Positions 26,201 to 38,639 of a stretch of 64,000 bases of DNA are shown in pieces. The DNA lies in the NCBI GenBank assembly GCA_964016885.1, contig OZ024744.1, positions 2,356,001 to 2,420,000 on the forward strand, read 5' to 3'. The notes beneath the pieces were generated by a model, which was not told where the DNA came from, made no database searches, and saw only the letters and a list, made by a program, of their open reading frames with translations. The stretch is from Eledone cirrhosa (lineage: Eukaryota). The first letter of the stretch is position 1, and every line of letters begins with the position of its first letter. The position numbers were made by a program, and so were the translations under genes.

Positions 26201-29200
26201 CCCAAGCTATATTTCTCTACCTTGCCTTCCCTCAAAACTTCGTTCTTCATCAAGCTATCTTTCTCTACTTTGTCTTCCCTCAAAACGTCGTTCTTCACCA
26301 AGCTATCTTTCTCTACCTTGTCTTCCCTCAAAACTTCGTTCGTTCTTCATCAAGCTATCTTTCTCTACCTTGTCTTCCCTCAAAACGTCGTTCTTCACCA
26401 AGCTATCTTTCTCTACCTTGTCTTCCCCCAAAACTTCGTTCTTCACCAAGCTATCTTTCACTACCTTGTCTTCACCAACAACTTCGTTCTTCACCAAGCT
26501 ATCTTTCTCTACCTTGTCTTCCCTCAAAACTTCGTTCTTCATCAAGCTATCTTTATCTGCCTTGTCTTCCCACAAAACGTCGTTCTTCACCAAGCTATCT
26601 TTCTCTACCTTGTCTCCCCTCAAAACGTCGTTCTTCACCAAGCTATCTTTCTCTACCCATTCTTCCCTCAAAACTTCGTTCTTCACCAAGCTATCTTTCT
26701 CTACCTTGTCTTCCCCCAAAACTTCGTTCTTCACCAAGCTATCTTTCTCTACCTTGTCTTCCCTCAAAACTACGTTCTTCACCAAGCTATCTTTCTCTAC
26801 CTTGTCTTCCCCCAAAACTTCGTTCCTCACCAAGCTATCTTTCTCTACCTTGTCTTCCCTCAAAACATCGTTCTTCACCAAGCTATCTTTCTCTACCTCG
26901 TCTTCCCCCAAAACTTCGTTCTTCACCAAGCTATCTTTCTCTACCTTGTCTTCCCTCAAAACGTCGTTCTTCACCAAGCTATCTTTCTCTATCTTGTCTT
27001 CCCCCAACACTTCGTTCTTCATCAAGCTATCTTTCTCTACCTTGTCTTCCCTCAAAACGTCTTTCTTCACCAAGCTATCTTTCTCTACCTTGTCTTCCCT
27101 CAAAACTTCGTTCTTCACCAAGCTATCTTTCTCTACCTTGTCTTCCCCCAAAACTCCGTTCTTCACCAAGCTATCTTTCTCTACCTTGTCCTCCCCCAAA
27201 GTTTCGTTCTTCATGAAGCTATCTTTCTCTACCTTGTCTTCCCTCAAAACGTCGTTCTTCACCAAGCTATCTTTCTCTACCCATTCTTCCCTCAAAACTT
27301 CGTTCTTCACCAAGCTATCTTTCTCTACCTTGCCTTCCCTCAAAACTTCGTTCTTCATCAAGCTATCTTTCTCTACTTTGTCTTCCTTCAAAACGTCGTT
27401 CTTCACCAAGCTATCTTTCTCTACCTTGTCTTCCCTCAAAACTTCGGTCGTTCTTCATCAAGCTATCTTTCTCTACCTTGTCTTCCCTCAAAACGTCGTT
27501 CTTCACCAAGCTATCTTTCTCTACCTTGTCTTCCCCAAAACTTCGTTCTTCACCAAGCTATCTTTCACTACCTTGTCTTCACCAACAACTTCGTTCTTCA
27601 CCAAGCTATCTTTCTCTAGCATGTCTTCCCTCAAAACTTCCTTCTTCACCAAGCTATCTTTCCCTACCTTGTCTTACCTCAAAACTTCGTTCTTCACCAA
27701 GCTATCTTTCTCTACCTTGCCTTCCCTCAAAACTTCGTTCTTCATCAAGCTATCTTTCTCTACTTTGTCTTCCTTCAAAACGTCGTTCTTCACCAAGCTA
27801 TCTTTCTCTACCTTGTCTTCCCTCAAAACTTCGGTCGTTCTTCATCAAGCTATCTTTCTCTACCTTGTCTTCCCTCAAAACGTCGTTCTTCACCAAGCTA
27901 TCTTTCTCTACCTTGTCTTCCCCAAAACTTCGTTCTTCACCAAGCTATCTTTCACTACCTTGTCTTCATCAACAACTTCGTTCTTCACCAAGCTATCTTT
28001 CTCTAGCATGTCTTCTCTCAAAACTTCGTTCTTCACCAAGCTATCTTTCTCTACCTTGTCTTCCCTCAAAACTCCGTTCTTCATCAAGCTATCTTTCTCT
28101 ACCTTGTCTTCCCCCAAAACTTCGTTCTTCACCAAGCTATCTTTCACTACCTTGTCTTCACCAACAACTTCGTTCTTCACCAAGCTATCTTTCTCTAGCA
28201 TGTCTTCCCTCAAAACTTCCTTCTTCACCAAGCTATCTTTCTCTACCTTGTCTTCCCTTAAAACTTCGTTCTTCACCAAGCTATCTTTCTCTACCTTGTC
28301 TTCCCCCAAAACTCCGTTCTTCACCAAGCTATCTTTCTCTACCTTGTCCTCCCCCAAGACTTCGTTCTTCATCAAGCTATCTTTCTCTACCTTGTCTTCC
28401 CTCAAAACGTCGTTCTTCACCAAGCTATCTTTCTCTACCCATTCTTCCCTCAAAACTTCGTTCTTCACCAAGCTATCTTTCTCTACCTTGTCATTCTCCC
28501 AAAACTTCGTTCTTCACCAAGCTATCTTTCTCTACCTTGCCTTCCCTCAAAACTTCGTTCTTCATCAAGCTAACTTTCTCTACTTTTTCTTCCTTCAAAA
28601 CGTCGTTCTTCACCAAGCTATCTTTCTGTACCTTGTCTTCCCTCGAAACTTCGGTCGTTCTTCATCAAGCTATCTTTCTCTACCTTGTCTTCCCTCAAAA
28701 CGTCGTTCTTCACCAAGCTATCTTGCTCTACCCATTCTTCCCTCAAAACTTCGTTCTTCACCAAGCTATCTTTCTCTACCTTGTCTTCCCCCAAAACTTC
28801 GTTCTTCACCAAGCTATCTTTCTCTACCTTGTCTTCCCTCAAAACTTCGTTCTTCACCAAGCTATCTTTCTCTACCTTGTCTTCCCCCAAAACTTCGTTC
28901 CTCACCAAGCTATCTTTCTCTACCTTGTCTTCCCTCAAAACTTCGTTCTTCACCAAGCTATCTTTCTTTACCTCGTCTTCCCCCAAAACTTCGTTCTTCA
29001 CCAAGCTATCTTTCTCTACCTTGTCTTCCCTCAAAACTTCGTTCTTCATCAAGCTATCTTTATCTACCTTGTCTTCCCACAAAACGTCGTTCTTCACCAA
29101 ACTATCTTTCTCTACCTTGTCTCCCCTCAAAACGTCGTTCTTCACCAAGCTATCTTTCTCTACCCATTCTTCCCTCAAAACCTCGTTCTTCACCAAGCTA

Positions 29201-30340
29201 TCTTTCTCTACCTTGTCTTCCCCCAAAACTTCGTTCTTCACCAAGCTATCTTTCTCTACCTTGTCTTCCCTCAAAACTACGTTCTTCACCAAGCTATCTT
29301 TCTCTACCTTGTCTTCCCCCAAAACTTCGTTCCTCACCAAGCTATCTTTCTCTACCTTGTCTTCCCTCAAAACTTCGTTCTTCACCAAGCTATCTTTCTC
29401 TACCTCGTCTTCCCCCAAAACTTCGTTCTTCACCAAGCTATCTTTCTCTACCTTGTCTTCCCTCAAAACGTCGTTCTTCACCAAGCTATCTTTCTCTATC
29501 TTGTCTTCCGCCAACACTTCGTTCTTCATCAAGATATCTTTCTCTACTTTGTCATCCCTCAAAACGTCGTTCTTCACCAAGCTATCTTTCTCTACCTTGT
29601 CTTCCCTCAAAACTTCGTTCGTTCTTCATCAAGCTATCTTTCTCTACCTTGTCTTCCCTCAAAACTTCGTTATTCACCAAGCTATCTTTCTCTACCTTGT
29701 CTTCCCCCAAAACTTCGTTCTTCATCAAGCTATCTTTCCTACCTTGTCTTCCCTCAAAACGTCGTTCTTCACCAAGCTATCTTTCTCTACCTTGCCTTCC
29801 CTCAAAACGTCGTTCTTCACCAAGCTATCTTTCTCTACCTTGTCTTCCCTCAAAACGTCGTTCTTCACCAAGCTATCTTTCTCTACCCATTCTTCCCTCA
29901 AAACTTCGTTCTTCACCAAGCTATCTTTCTCTACCTTGTCTTCCCTCAAAACTTCGTTCTTCATCAAGCTATCTTTCTCTACCTTGTCTTCCCACAAAAC
30001 TTCGTTCTTCACCAAGCTATCTTTCTCTACCTTGTCTCCCCTCAAAACGTCGTTCTTCACCAAGCTATGTTTCTCTACCCATTCTTCCCTCAAAACATCG
30101 TTCTTCACCAAGCTATCTTTCTCTACCTTGTCTCCCCCAAAAGTTCGTTCTTCACCAAGCTATCTTTCTCTACCTTATCTTCCCTCAACACTTCGTTCTT
30201 CATCAAGCTATCTTTCTCTACCTTGTCTTCCCTCAAAACGTCGTTCTTCACCAAGCTATCTTTCTCTACCTCGTCTTCCCCCAACACTTCGTTCTTCATC
30301 AAGCTATCTTTCTCTACCTTGTCTTCCCTCAAAACGTCGT
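20300..30340. repeat. Higher-order repeat, period ~4,865 bp (101-monomer variant of the 103-mer), ~2 copies
   Basis: ORF pairs 23043/27908, 23753/28618, 24860/29725 and 25258/30123 differ by 4,865 (4,961-96). Single-monomer losses occur near 25.9 kb and 27.3 kb. Confidence 0.9.
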
Positions 30341-32190
30341 TCTTCACCAAGCTATCTTTCTCTACCTTGTCTTCCCTCAAAACTTCGTTCTTCACCAAGC
30401 TATCTTTCTCTACCTTGTCTTCCCCCAAAACTCCGTCCTTCACCAAGCTATCTTTCTCTACCTTGTCCTCCCCCAAAACTTCGTTCTTCACCAAGCTATC
30501 TGTCTCTACCTTGTCTTCCCTCAAAACGTCTTTCTTCACCAAGCTATCTTTCTCTACCTTGTCTTCCCTCAAAACTTCGTCCTTCACCAGGCTATCTTTC
30601 TCTACCTTGTCTACCCCCAAAACTTCGTTCTTCACCAAGCTATCTTTCTCTACCTTGTCTTCCCTCAAAACTTCGTTCTTCACCAAGCTATCTTTCTCTA
30701 CCTTGTCTTCCCTCAAAACGTCGTTCTTCACCAAGCTATCTTTCTCTACCTTGTCTTCCCCCAAAACTTCGTTCTTCACCAAGCTATCTTTCACTACCTT
30801 GTCTTCACCAACAACTTCGTTCTTCACCAAGCTATCTTTCTCTACCTTGTCTTCCCTCAAAACTTCGTTCTTCATCAAGCTATCTTTGTCTACCTTGTCT
30901 TCCCACAAAACGTCGTTCTTCACCAAGCTATCTTTCTCTACCCATTCTTCCCTCAAAACTTCGTTCTTCACCAAGCTATCTTTCTCTACCTTGTCTTCCC
31001 CCAAAACTTCGTTCTTCCCCAAGCTATATTTCTCTACCTTACCTTCCCTCAAAACTTCGTTCTTCATCAAGCTATCTTTCTCTACTTTGTCTTCACTCAA
31101 AACGTCGTTCTTCACCAAGCTATCTTTCTCTACCTTGTCTTCCCTCAAAACTTCGTTCTTCATCAAGCTATCTTTCTCTACCTTGTCTTCCCACAAAACT
31201 TCGTTCTTCACCAAGCTATCTTTCTCTACCTTGTCTCCCCTCAAAACGTCGTTCTTCACCAAGCTATGTTTCTCTACCCATTCTTCCCTCAAAACATCGT
31301 TCTTCACCAAGCTATCTTTCTCTACCTTGTCTCCCCCAAAAGTTCGTTCTTCACCAAGCTATCTTTCTCTACCTTATCTTCCCTCAACACTTCGTTCTTC
31401 ATCAAGCTATCTTTCTCTACCTTGTCTTCCCTCAAAACGTCGTTCTTCACCAAGCTATCTTTCTCTACCTTGTCTTCCCCCAACACTTCGTTCTTCATCA
31501 AGCTATCTTTCTCTACCTTGTCTTCCCTCAAAACGTCGTTCTTCACCAAGCTATCTTTCTCTACCTTGTCTTCCCTCAAAACTTCGTTCTTCACCAAGCT
31601 ATCTTTCTCTACCTTGTCTTCCCCCAAAACTCCGTCCTTCACCAAGCTATCTTTCTCTACCTTGTCCTCCCCCAAAACTTCGTTCTTCACCAAGCTATCT
31701 GTCTCTACCTTGTCTTCCCTCAAAACGTCTTTCTTCACCAAGCTATCTTTCTCTACCTTGTCTTCCCTCAAAACTTCGTTCTTCACCAGGCTATCTTTCT
31801 CTACCTTGTCTACCCCCAAAACTTCGTTCTTCACCAAGCTATCTTTCTCTACCTTGTCTTCCCTCAAAACTTCGTTCTTCACCAAGCTATCTTTCTCTAC
31901 CTTGTCTTCCCCCAAAACTTCGTTCTTCACCAAGCTATCTTTCACTACCTTGTCTTCACCAACAACTTCGTTCTTCACCAAGCTATCTTTCTCTACCTTG
32001 TCTTCCCTCAAAACTTCGTTCTTCATCAAGCTATCTTTGTCTACCTTGTCTTCCCACAAAACGTCGTTCTTCACCAAGCTATCTTTCTCTACCCATTCTT
32101 CCCTCAAAACTTCGTTCTTCACCAAGCTATCTTTCTCTACCTTGTCTTCCCCCAAAACTTCGTTCTTCCCCAAGCTATATTTCTCTACCT
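29940..32190. repeat. Imperfect tandem duplication at 1,199-bp offset (25 monomers -1), also present at ~51.1-53.45 kb
   Basis: GCTATGTT variant at ~30064/31263 and ORF ends 30123/31322 and 51285/52484 share the offset. The ACCAGG variant is in both copies. Confidence 0.85.
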
Positions 32191-35100
32191 TGTCTTCCCT
32201 CAAAACTTCGTTCGTTCTTCATCAAGCTATCTTTCTCTACCTTGTCTTCCCTCAAAACGTCGTTCGTCACCAAGCTATCTTTCTCTACCTTGTCTTCCCC
32301 CAAAACTTCGTTCTTCACCAAGCTATCTTTCACTACCTTGTCTTCACCAACAACTTCGTTCTTCACCAAGCTATCTTTCCCTACCTTGTCTTCCCTCAAA
32401 ACTTCGTTCTTCATCAAGCTATCTTTATCTACCTTGTCTTCCCACAAAACGTCGTTCTTCACCAAGCTATCTTTCTCTACCTTGTCTCCCCTCAAAACGT
32501 CGTTCTTCACCAAGCTATCTTTCTCTACCCATTCTTCCCTCAAAACTTCGTTCTTCACCAAGCTATCTTTCTCTATCTTGTCTTCCCCCAACACTTCGTT
32601 CTTCATCAAGCTATCTTTCTCTACCTTGTCTTCCCTCAAAACGTCTTTCTTCACCAAGCTATCTTTCTCTACCTTGTCTTCCCTCAAAACTTCGTTCTTC
32701 ACCAAGCTATCTTTCTCTACCTTGTCTTCCCCCAAAACTCCGTTCTTCACCAAGCTATCTTTCTCTACCTTGTCCTCCCCCAAAATTTCGTTCTTCATGA
32801 AGCTATCTTTCTCTACCTTGTCTTCCCTCAAAACGTCGTTCTTCACCAAGCTATCTTTCTCTACCCATTCTTCCCTCAAAACTTCGTTCTTCACCAAGCT
32901 ATCTTTCTCTACCTTGTCTTCCCCTAAAACTTCGTTCTTCACCAAGCTATCTTTCTCTACCTTGCCTTCCCTCAAAACTTCGTTCTTCATCAAGCTATCT
33001 TTCTCTACTTTGTCTTCCTTCAAAACGTCGTTCTTCACCAAGCTATCTTTCTCTACCTTGTCTTCCCCAAAACTTCGTTCTTCACCAAGCTATCTTTCTC
33101 TACCTTGTCTTCCTTCAAAACTTCGTTCTTCACCAAGCTATCTTTCTCTACCTTGTCTTCCCTCAAAACTCCGTTCTTCATCAAGCTATCTTTCTCTACC
33201 TTGTCTTCCCCCAAAACTTCGTTCTTCACCAAGCTATCTTTCACTACCTTGTCTTCACCAACAACTTCGTTCTTCACCAAGCTATCTTTCTCTAGCATGT
33301 CTTCCCTCAAAACTTCCTTCTTCACCAAGCTATCTTTCTCTATCTTGTCTTCCCCCAACACTTCGTTCTTCATCAAGCTATCTTTCTCTACCTTGTCTTC
33401 CCTCAAAACGTCTTTCTTCACCAAGCTATCTTTCTCTACCTTGTCTTCCCTTAAAACTTCGTTCTTCACCAAGCTATCTTTCTCTACCTTGTCTTCCCCC
33501 AAAACTCCGTTCTTCACCAAGCTATCTTTCTCTACCTTGTCCTCCCCCAAGACTTCGTTCTTCATCAAGCTATCTTTCTCTACCTTGTCTTCCCTCAAAA
33601 CGTCGTTCTTCACCAAGCTATCTTTCTCTACCCATTCTTCCCTCAAAACTTCGTTCTTCACCAAGCTATCTTTCTCTACCTTGTCTTCCCCCAAAACTTC
33701 GTTCTTCACCAAGCTATCTTTCTCTACCTTGCCTTCCCTCAAAACTTCGTTCTTCATCAAGCTAACTTTCTCTACTTTTTCTTCCTTCAAAACGTCGTTC
33801 TTGACCAAGCTATCTTTCTGTACCTTGTCTTCCCTCAAAACGTCGTTCTTCACCAAGCTATCTTTCCTACCCATTCTTCCCTCAAAACTTCGTTCTTCAC
33901 CAAGCTATCTTTCTCTACCTTGTCTTCCCCCAAAACTTCGTTCTTCACCAAGCTATCTTTCTCTACCTTGTCTTCCCTCAAAACTTCGTTCTTCACCAAG
34001 CTATCTTTCTCTACCTTGTCTTCCCCCAAAACTTCGTTCCTCACCAAGCTATCTTTCTCTACCTTGTCTTCCCTCAAAACTTCGTTCTTCACCAAGCTAT
34101 CTTTCTTTACCTCGTCTTCCCCAAAAACTTCGTTCTTCACCAAGCTATCTTTCTCTACCTCGTCTTCCCTCAAAACGTCGTTCGTCACCAAGCTATCTTT
34201 CTCTACCTTGTCTTCCCCCAAAACTTCGTTCTTCACCAAGCTATCTTTCACTACCTTGTCTTCACCAACAACTTCGTTCTTCACCAAGCTATCTTTCTCT
34301 ACCTTGTCTTCCCTCAAAACTTCGTTCTTCATCAAGCTATCTTTATCTACCTTGTCTTCCCACAAAACGTCGTTCTTCACCAAGCTATCTTTCTCTACCT
34401 TGTCTCCCCTCAAAACGTCGTTCTTCACCAAGCTATCTTTCTCTACCCATTCTTCCCTCAAAACTTCGTTCTTCACCAAGCTATCTTTCTCTATCTTGTC
34501 TTCCCCCAACACTTCGTTCTTCATCAAGCTATCTTTCTCTACCTTGTCTTCCCTCAAAACGTCTTTCTTCACCAAGCTATCTTTCTCTACCTTGTCTTCC
34601 CTCAAAACTTCGTTCTTCACCAAGCTATCTTTCTCTACCTTGTCCTCCCCCAAAATTTCGTTCTTCATGAAGCTATCTTTCTCTACCTTGTCTTCCCTCA
34701 AAACGTCGTTCTTCACCAAGCTATCTTTCTCTACCCATTCTTCCCTCAAAACTTCGTTCTTCACCAAGCTATCTTTCTCTACCTTGTCTTCCCCTAAAAC
34801 TTCGTTCTTCACCAAGCTATCTTTCTCTACCTTGCCTTCCCTCAAAACTTCGTTCTTCATCAAGCTATCTTTCTCTACTTTGTCTTCCTTCAAAACGTCG
34901 TTCTTCACCAAGCTATCTTTCTCTACCTTGTCTTCCCTCAAAACTTCGGTCGTTCTTCATCAAGCTATCTTTCTCTACCTTGTCTTCCCTCAAAACGTCG
35001 TTCTTCACCAAGCTATCTTTCTCTACCTTGTCTTCCCCAAAACTTCGTTCTTCACCAAGCTATCTTTCACTACCTTGTCTTCACCAACAACTTCGTTCTT

Positions 35101-38100
35101 CACCAAGCTATCTTTCTCTAGCATGTCTTCCCTCAAAACTTCCTTCTTCACCAAGCTATCTTTCCCTACCTTGTCTTACCTCAAAACTTCGTTCTTCACC
35201 AAGCTATCTTTCTCTACCTTGTCTTCCCCCCAAAACTTCGTTCTTCACCAAGCTATCTTTCTCTACCTTGTCTTCCTTCAAAACTTCGTTCTTCACCAAG
35301 CTATCTTTCTCTACCTTGTCTTCCCTCAAAACTCCGTTCTTCATCAAGCTATCTTTCTCTACCTTGTCTTCCCCCAAAACTTCGTTCTTCACCAAGCTAT
35401 CTTTCACTACCTTGTCTTCACCAACAACTTCGTTCTTCACCAAGCTATCTTTCTCTAGCATGTCTTCCCTCAAAACTTCCTTCTTCACCAAGCTATCTTT
35501 CTCTATCTTGTCTTCCCCCAACACTTCGTTCTTCATCAAGCTATCTTTCTCTACCTTGTCCTCCCTCAAAACGTCTTTCTTCACCAAGCTATCTTTCTCT
35601 ACCTTGTCTTCCCTTAAAACTTCGTTATTCACCAAGCTATCTTTCTCTACCTTGTCTTCCCCCAAAACTCCGTTCTTCACCAAGCTATCTTTCTCTACCT
35701 TGTCCTCCCCCGAGACTTCGTTCTTCATCAAGCTATCTTTCTCTACCTTGTCTTCCCTCAAAACGTCGTTCTTCACCAAGCTATCTTTCTCTACCCATTC
35801 TTCCCTCAAAACTTCGTTCTTCACCAAGCTATCTTTCTCTACCTTGTCTTCCCCCAAAACTTCGTTCTTCACCAAGCTATCTTTCTCTACCTTGCCTTCC
35901 CTCAAAACTTCGTTCTTCATCAAGCTAACTTTCTCTACTTTTTCTTCCTTCAAAACGTCGTTCTTGACCAAGCTATCTTTCTGTACCTTGTCTTCCCTCA
36001 AAACTTCGGTCGTTCTTCATCAAGCTATCTTTCTCTACCTTGTCTTCCCTCAAAACGTCGTTCTTCACCAAGCTATCTTTCCTACCCATTCTTCCCTCAA
36101 AACTTCGTTCTTCACCAAGCTATCTTTCTCTACCTTGTCTTCCCCCAAAACTTCGTTCTTCACCAAGCTATCTTTCTCTACCTTGTCTTCCCTCAAAACT
36201 TCGTTCTTCACCAAGCTATCTTTCTCTACCTTGTCTTCCCCCAAAACTTCGTTCCTCACCAAGCTATCTTTCTCTACCTTGTCTTCCCTCAAAACTTCGT
36301 TCTTCACCAAGCTATCTTTCTTTACCTCGTCTTCCCCCAAAACTTCGTTCTTCACCAAGCTATCTTTCTCTACCTTGTCTTCCCTCAAAACTTCGTTCTT
36401 CATCAAGCTATCTTTATCTACCTTGTCTTCCCACAAAACGTCGTTCTTCACCAAGCTATCTTTCTCTACCTTGTCTCCCCTCAAAACGTCGTTCTTCACC
36501 AAGCTATCTTTCTCTACCCATTCTTCCCTCAAAACTTCGTTCTTCACCAAGCTATCTTTCTCTACCTTGTCTTCCCCCAAAACTTCGTTCTTCACCAAGC
36601 TATCTTTCTCTACCTTGTCTTCCCTCAAAACTACGTTCTTCACCAAGCTATCTTTATCTACCTTGTCTTCCCCCAAAACTTCGTTCCTCACCAAGCTATC
36701 TTTCTCTACCTTGTCTTCCCTCAAAACTTCGTTCTTCACCAAGCTATCTTTCTCTACCTCGTCTTTCCCCAAAACTTCGTTCTTCACCAAGCTATCTTTC
36801 TCTACCTTGTCTTCCCTCAAAACGTCGTTCTTCACCAAGCTATCTTTCTCTATCTTGTCTTCCCCCAACACTTCGTTCTTCATCAAGCTATCTTTCTCTA
36901 CCTTGTCTTCCCTCAAAACGTCTTTCTTCACCAAGCTATCTTTCTCTACCTTGTCTTCCCTCAAAACTTCGTTCTTCACCAAGCTATCTTTCTCTACCTT
37001 GTCTTCCCCCAAAACTCCGTTCTTCACCAAGCTATCTTTCTCTACCTTGTCCTCCCCCAAAATTTCGTTCTTCATCAAGCTATCTTTCTCTACCTTGTCT
37101 TCCCTCAAAACGTCGTTCTTCACCAAGCTATCTTTCTCTACCCATTCTTCCCTCAAAACTTCGTTCTTCACCAAGCTATCTTTCTCTACCTTGTCTTCCC
37201 CCAAAACTTCGTTCTTCACCAAGCTATCTTTCTCTACCTTGCCTTCCCTCAAAACTTCGTTCTTCATCAAGCTATCTTTCTCTACTTTGTCTTCCTTCAA
37301 AACGTCGTTCTTCACCAAGCTATCTTTCTCTACCTTGTCTTCCCTCAAAACTTCGGTCGTTCTTCATCAAGCTATCTTTCTCTACCTTGTCTTCCCTCAA
37401 GACGTCGTTCTTCACCAAGCTATCTTTCTCTACCTTGTCTTCCCCAAAACTTCGTTCTTCACCAAGCTATCTTTCACTACCTTGTCTTCACCAACAACTT
37501 CGTTCTTCACCAAGCTATCTTTCTCTAGCATGTCTTCCCTCAAAACTTCCTTCTTCACCAAGCTATCTTTCTCTATCTTGTCTTCCCCCAACACTTCCTT
37601 CTTCATCAAGCTATCTTTCTCTACCTTGTCTTCCCTCAAAACGTCGTTCTTCACCAAGCTATCTTTCTCTACCCATTCTTCCCTCAAAACTTCGTTCTTC
37701 ACCAAGCTATCTTTCTCTACCTTGTCTTCCCCCAAAACTTCGTTCTTCACCAAGCTATCTTTCTCTACCTTGCCTTCCCTCAAAACTTCGTTCTTCATCA
37801 AGCTAACTTTCTCTACTTTTTCTTCCTTCAAAACGTCGTTCTTCACCAAGCTATCTTTCTCTACCTTGTCTTCCCTCAAAACTTCGGTCGTTCTTCATCA
37901 AGCTATCTTTCTCTACCTTGTCTTCCCCCAAAACTTCGTTCCTCACCAAGCTATCTTTCTCTACCTTGTCTTCCCTCAAAACTTCGTTCTTCACCAAGCT
38001 ATCTTTCTTTACCTCGACTTCCCCCAAAACTTCGTTCTTCACCAAGCTATCTTTCTCTACCTTGTCTTCCCTCAAAACGTCGTTCTTCACCAAGCTATCT

Positions 38101-38639
38101 TTCTCTATCTTGTCTTCCCCCAACACTTCGTTCTTCATCAAGCTATCTTTCTCTACCTTGTCTTCCCTCAAAACGTCGTTCTTCACCAAGCTATCTTTCT
38201 CTACCCATTCTTCCCTCAAAACTTCGTTCTTCACCAAGCTATCTCTCTCTACCTTGTCTTCCCTCAAAACTTCGTTCTTCATCAAGCTATCTTTCTCTAC
38301 CTTGTCTTCCCTCAAAACTTCGTTCTTCACCAAGCTATCTTTCTCTACCTTATCTTCCCTCAACACTTCGTTCTTCATCAAGCTATCTTTCTCTACCTTG
38401 TCTTCCCCCAAAACTTCGTTCCTCACCAAGCTATCTTTCTCTACCTTGTCTTCCCTCAAAACTTCGTTCTTCACCAAGCTATCTTTCTTTACCTCGACTT
38501 CCCCCAAAACTTCGTTCTTCACCAAGCTATCTTTCTCTACCTTGTCTTCCCTCAAAACGTCGTTCTTCACCAAGCTATCTTTCTCTATCTTGTCTTCCCC
38601 CAACACTTCGTTCTTCATCAAGCTATCTTTCTGTACCTT

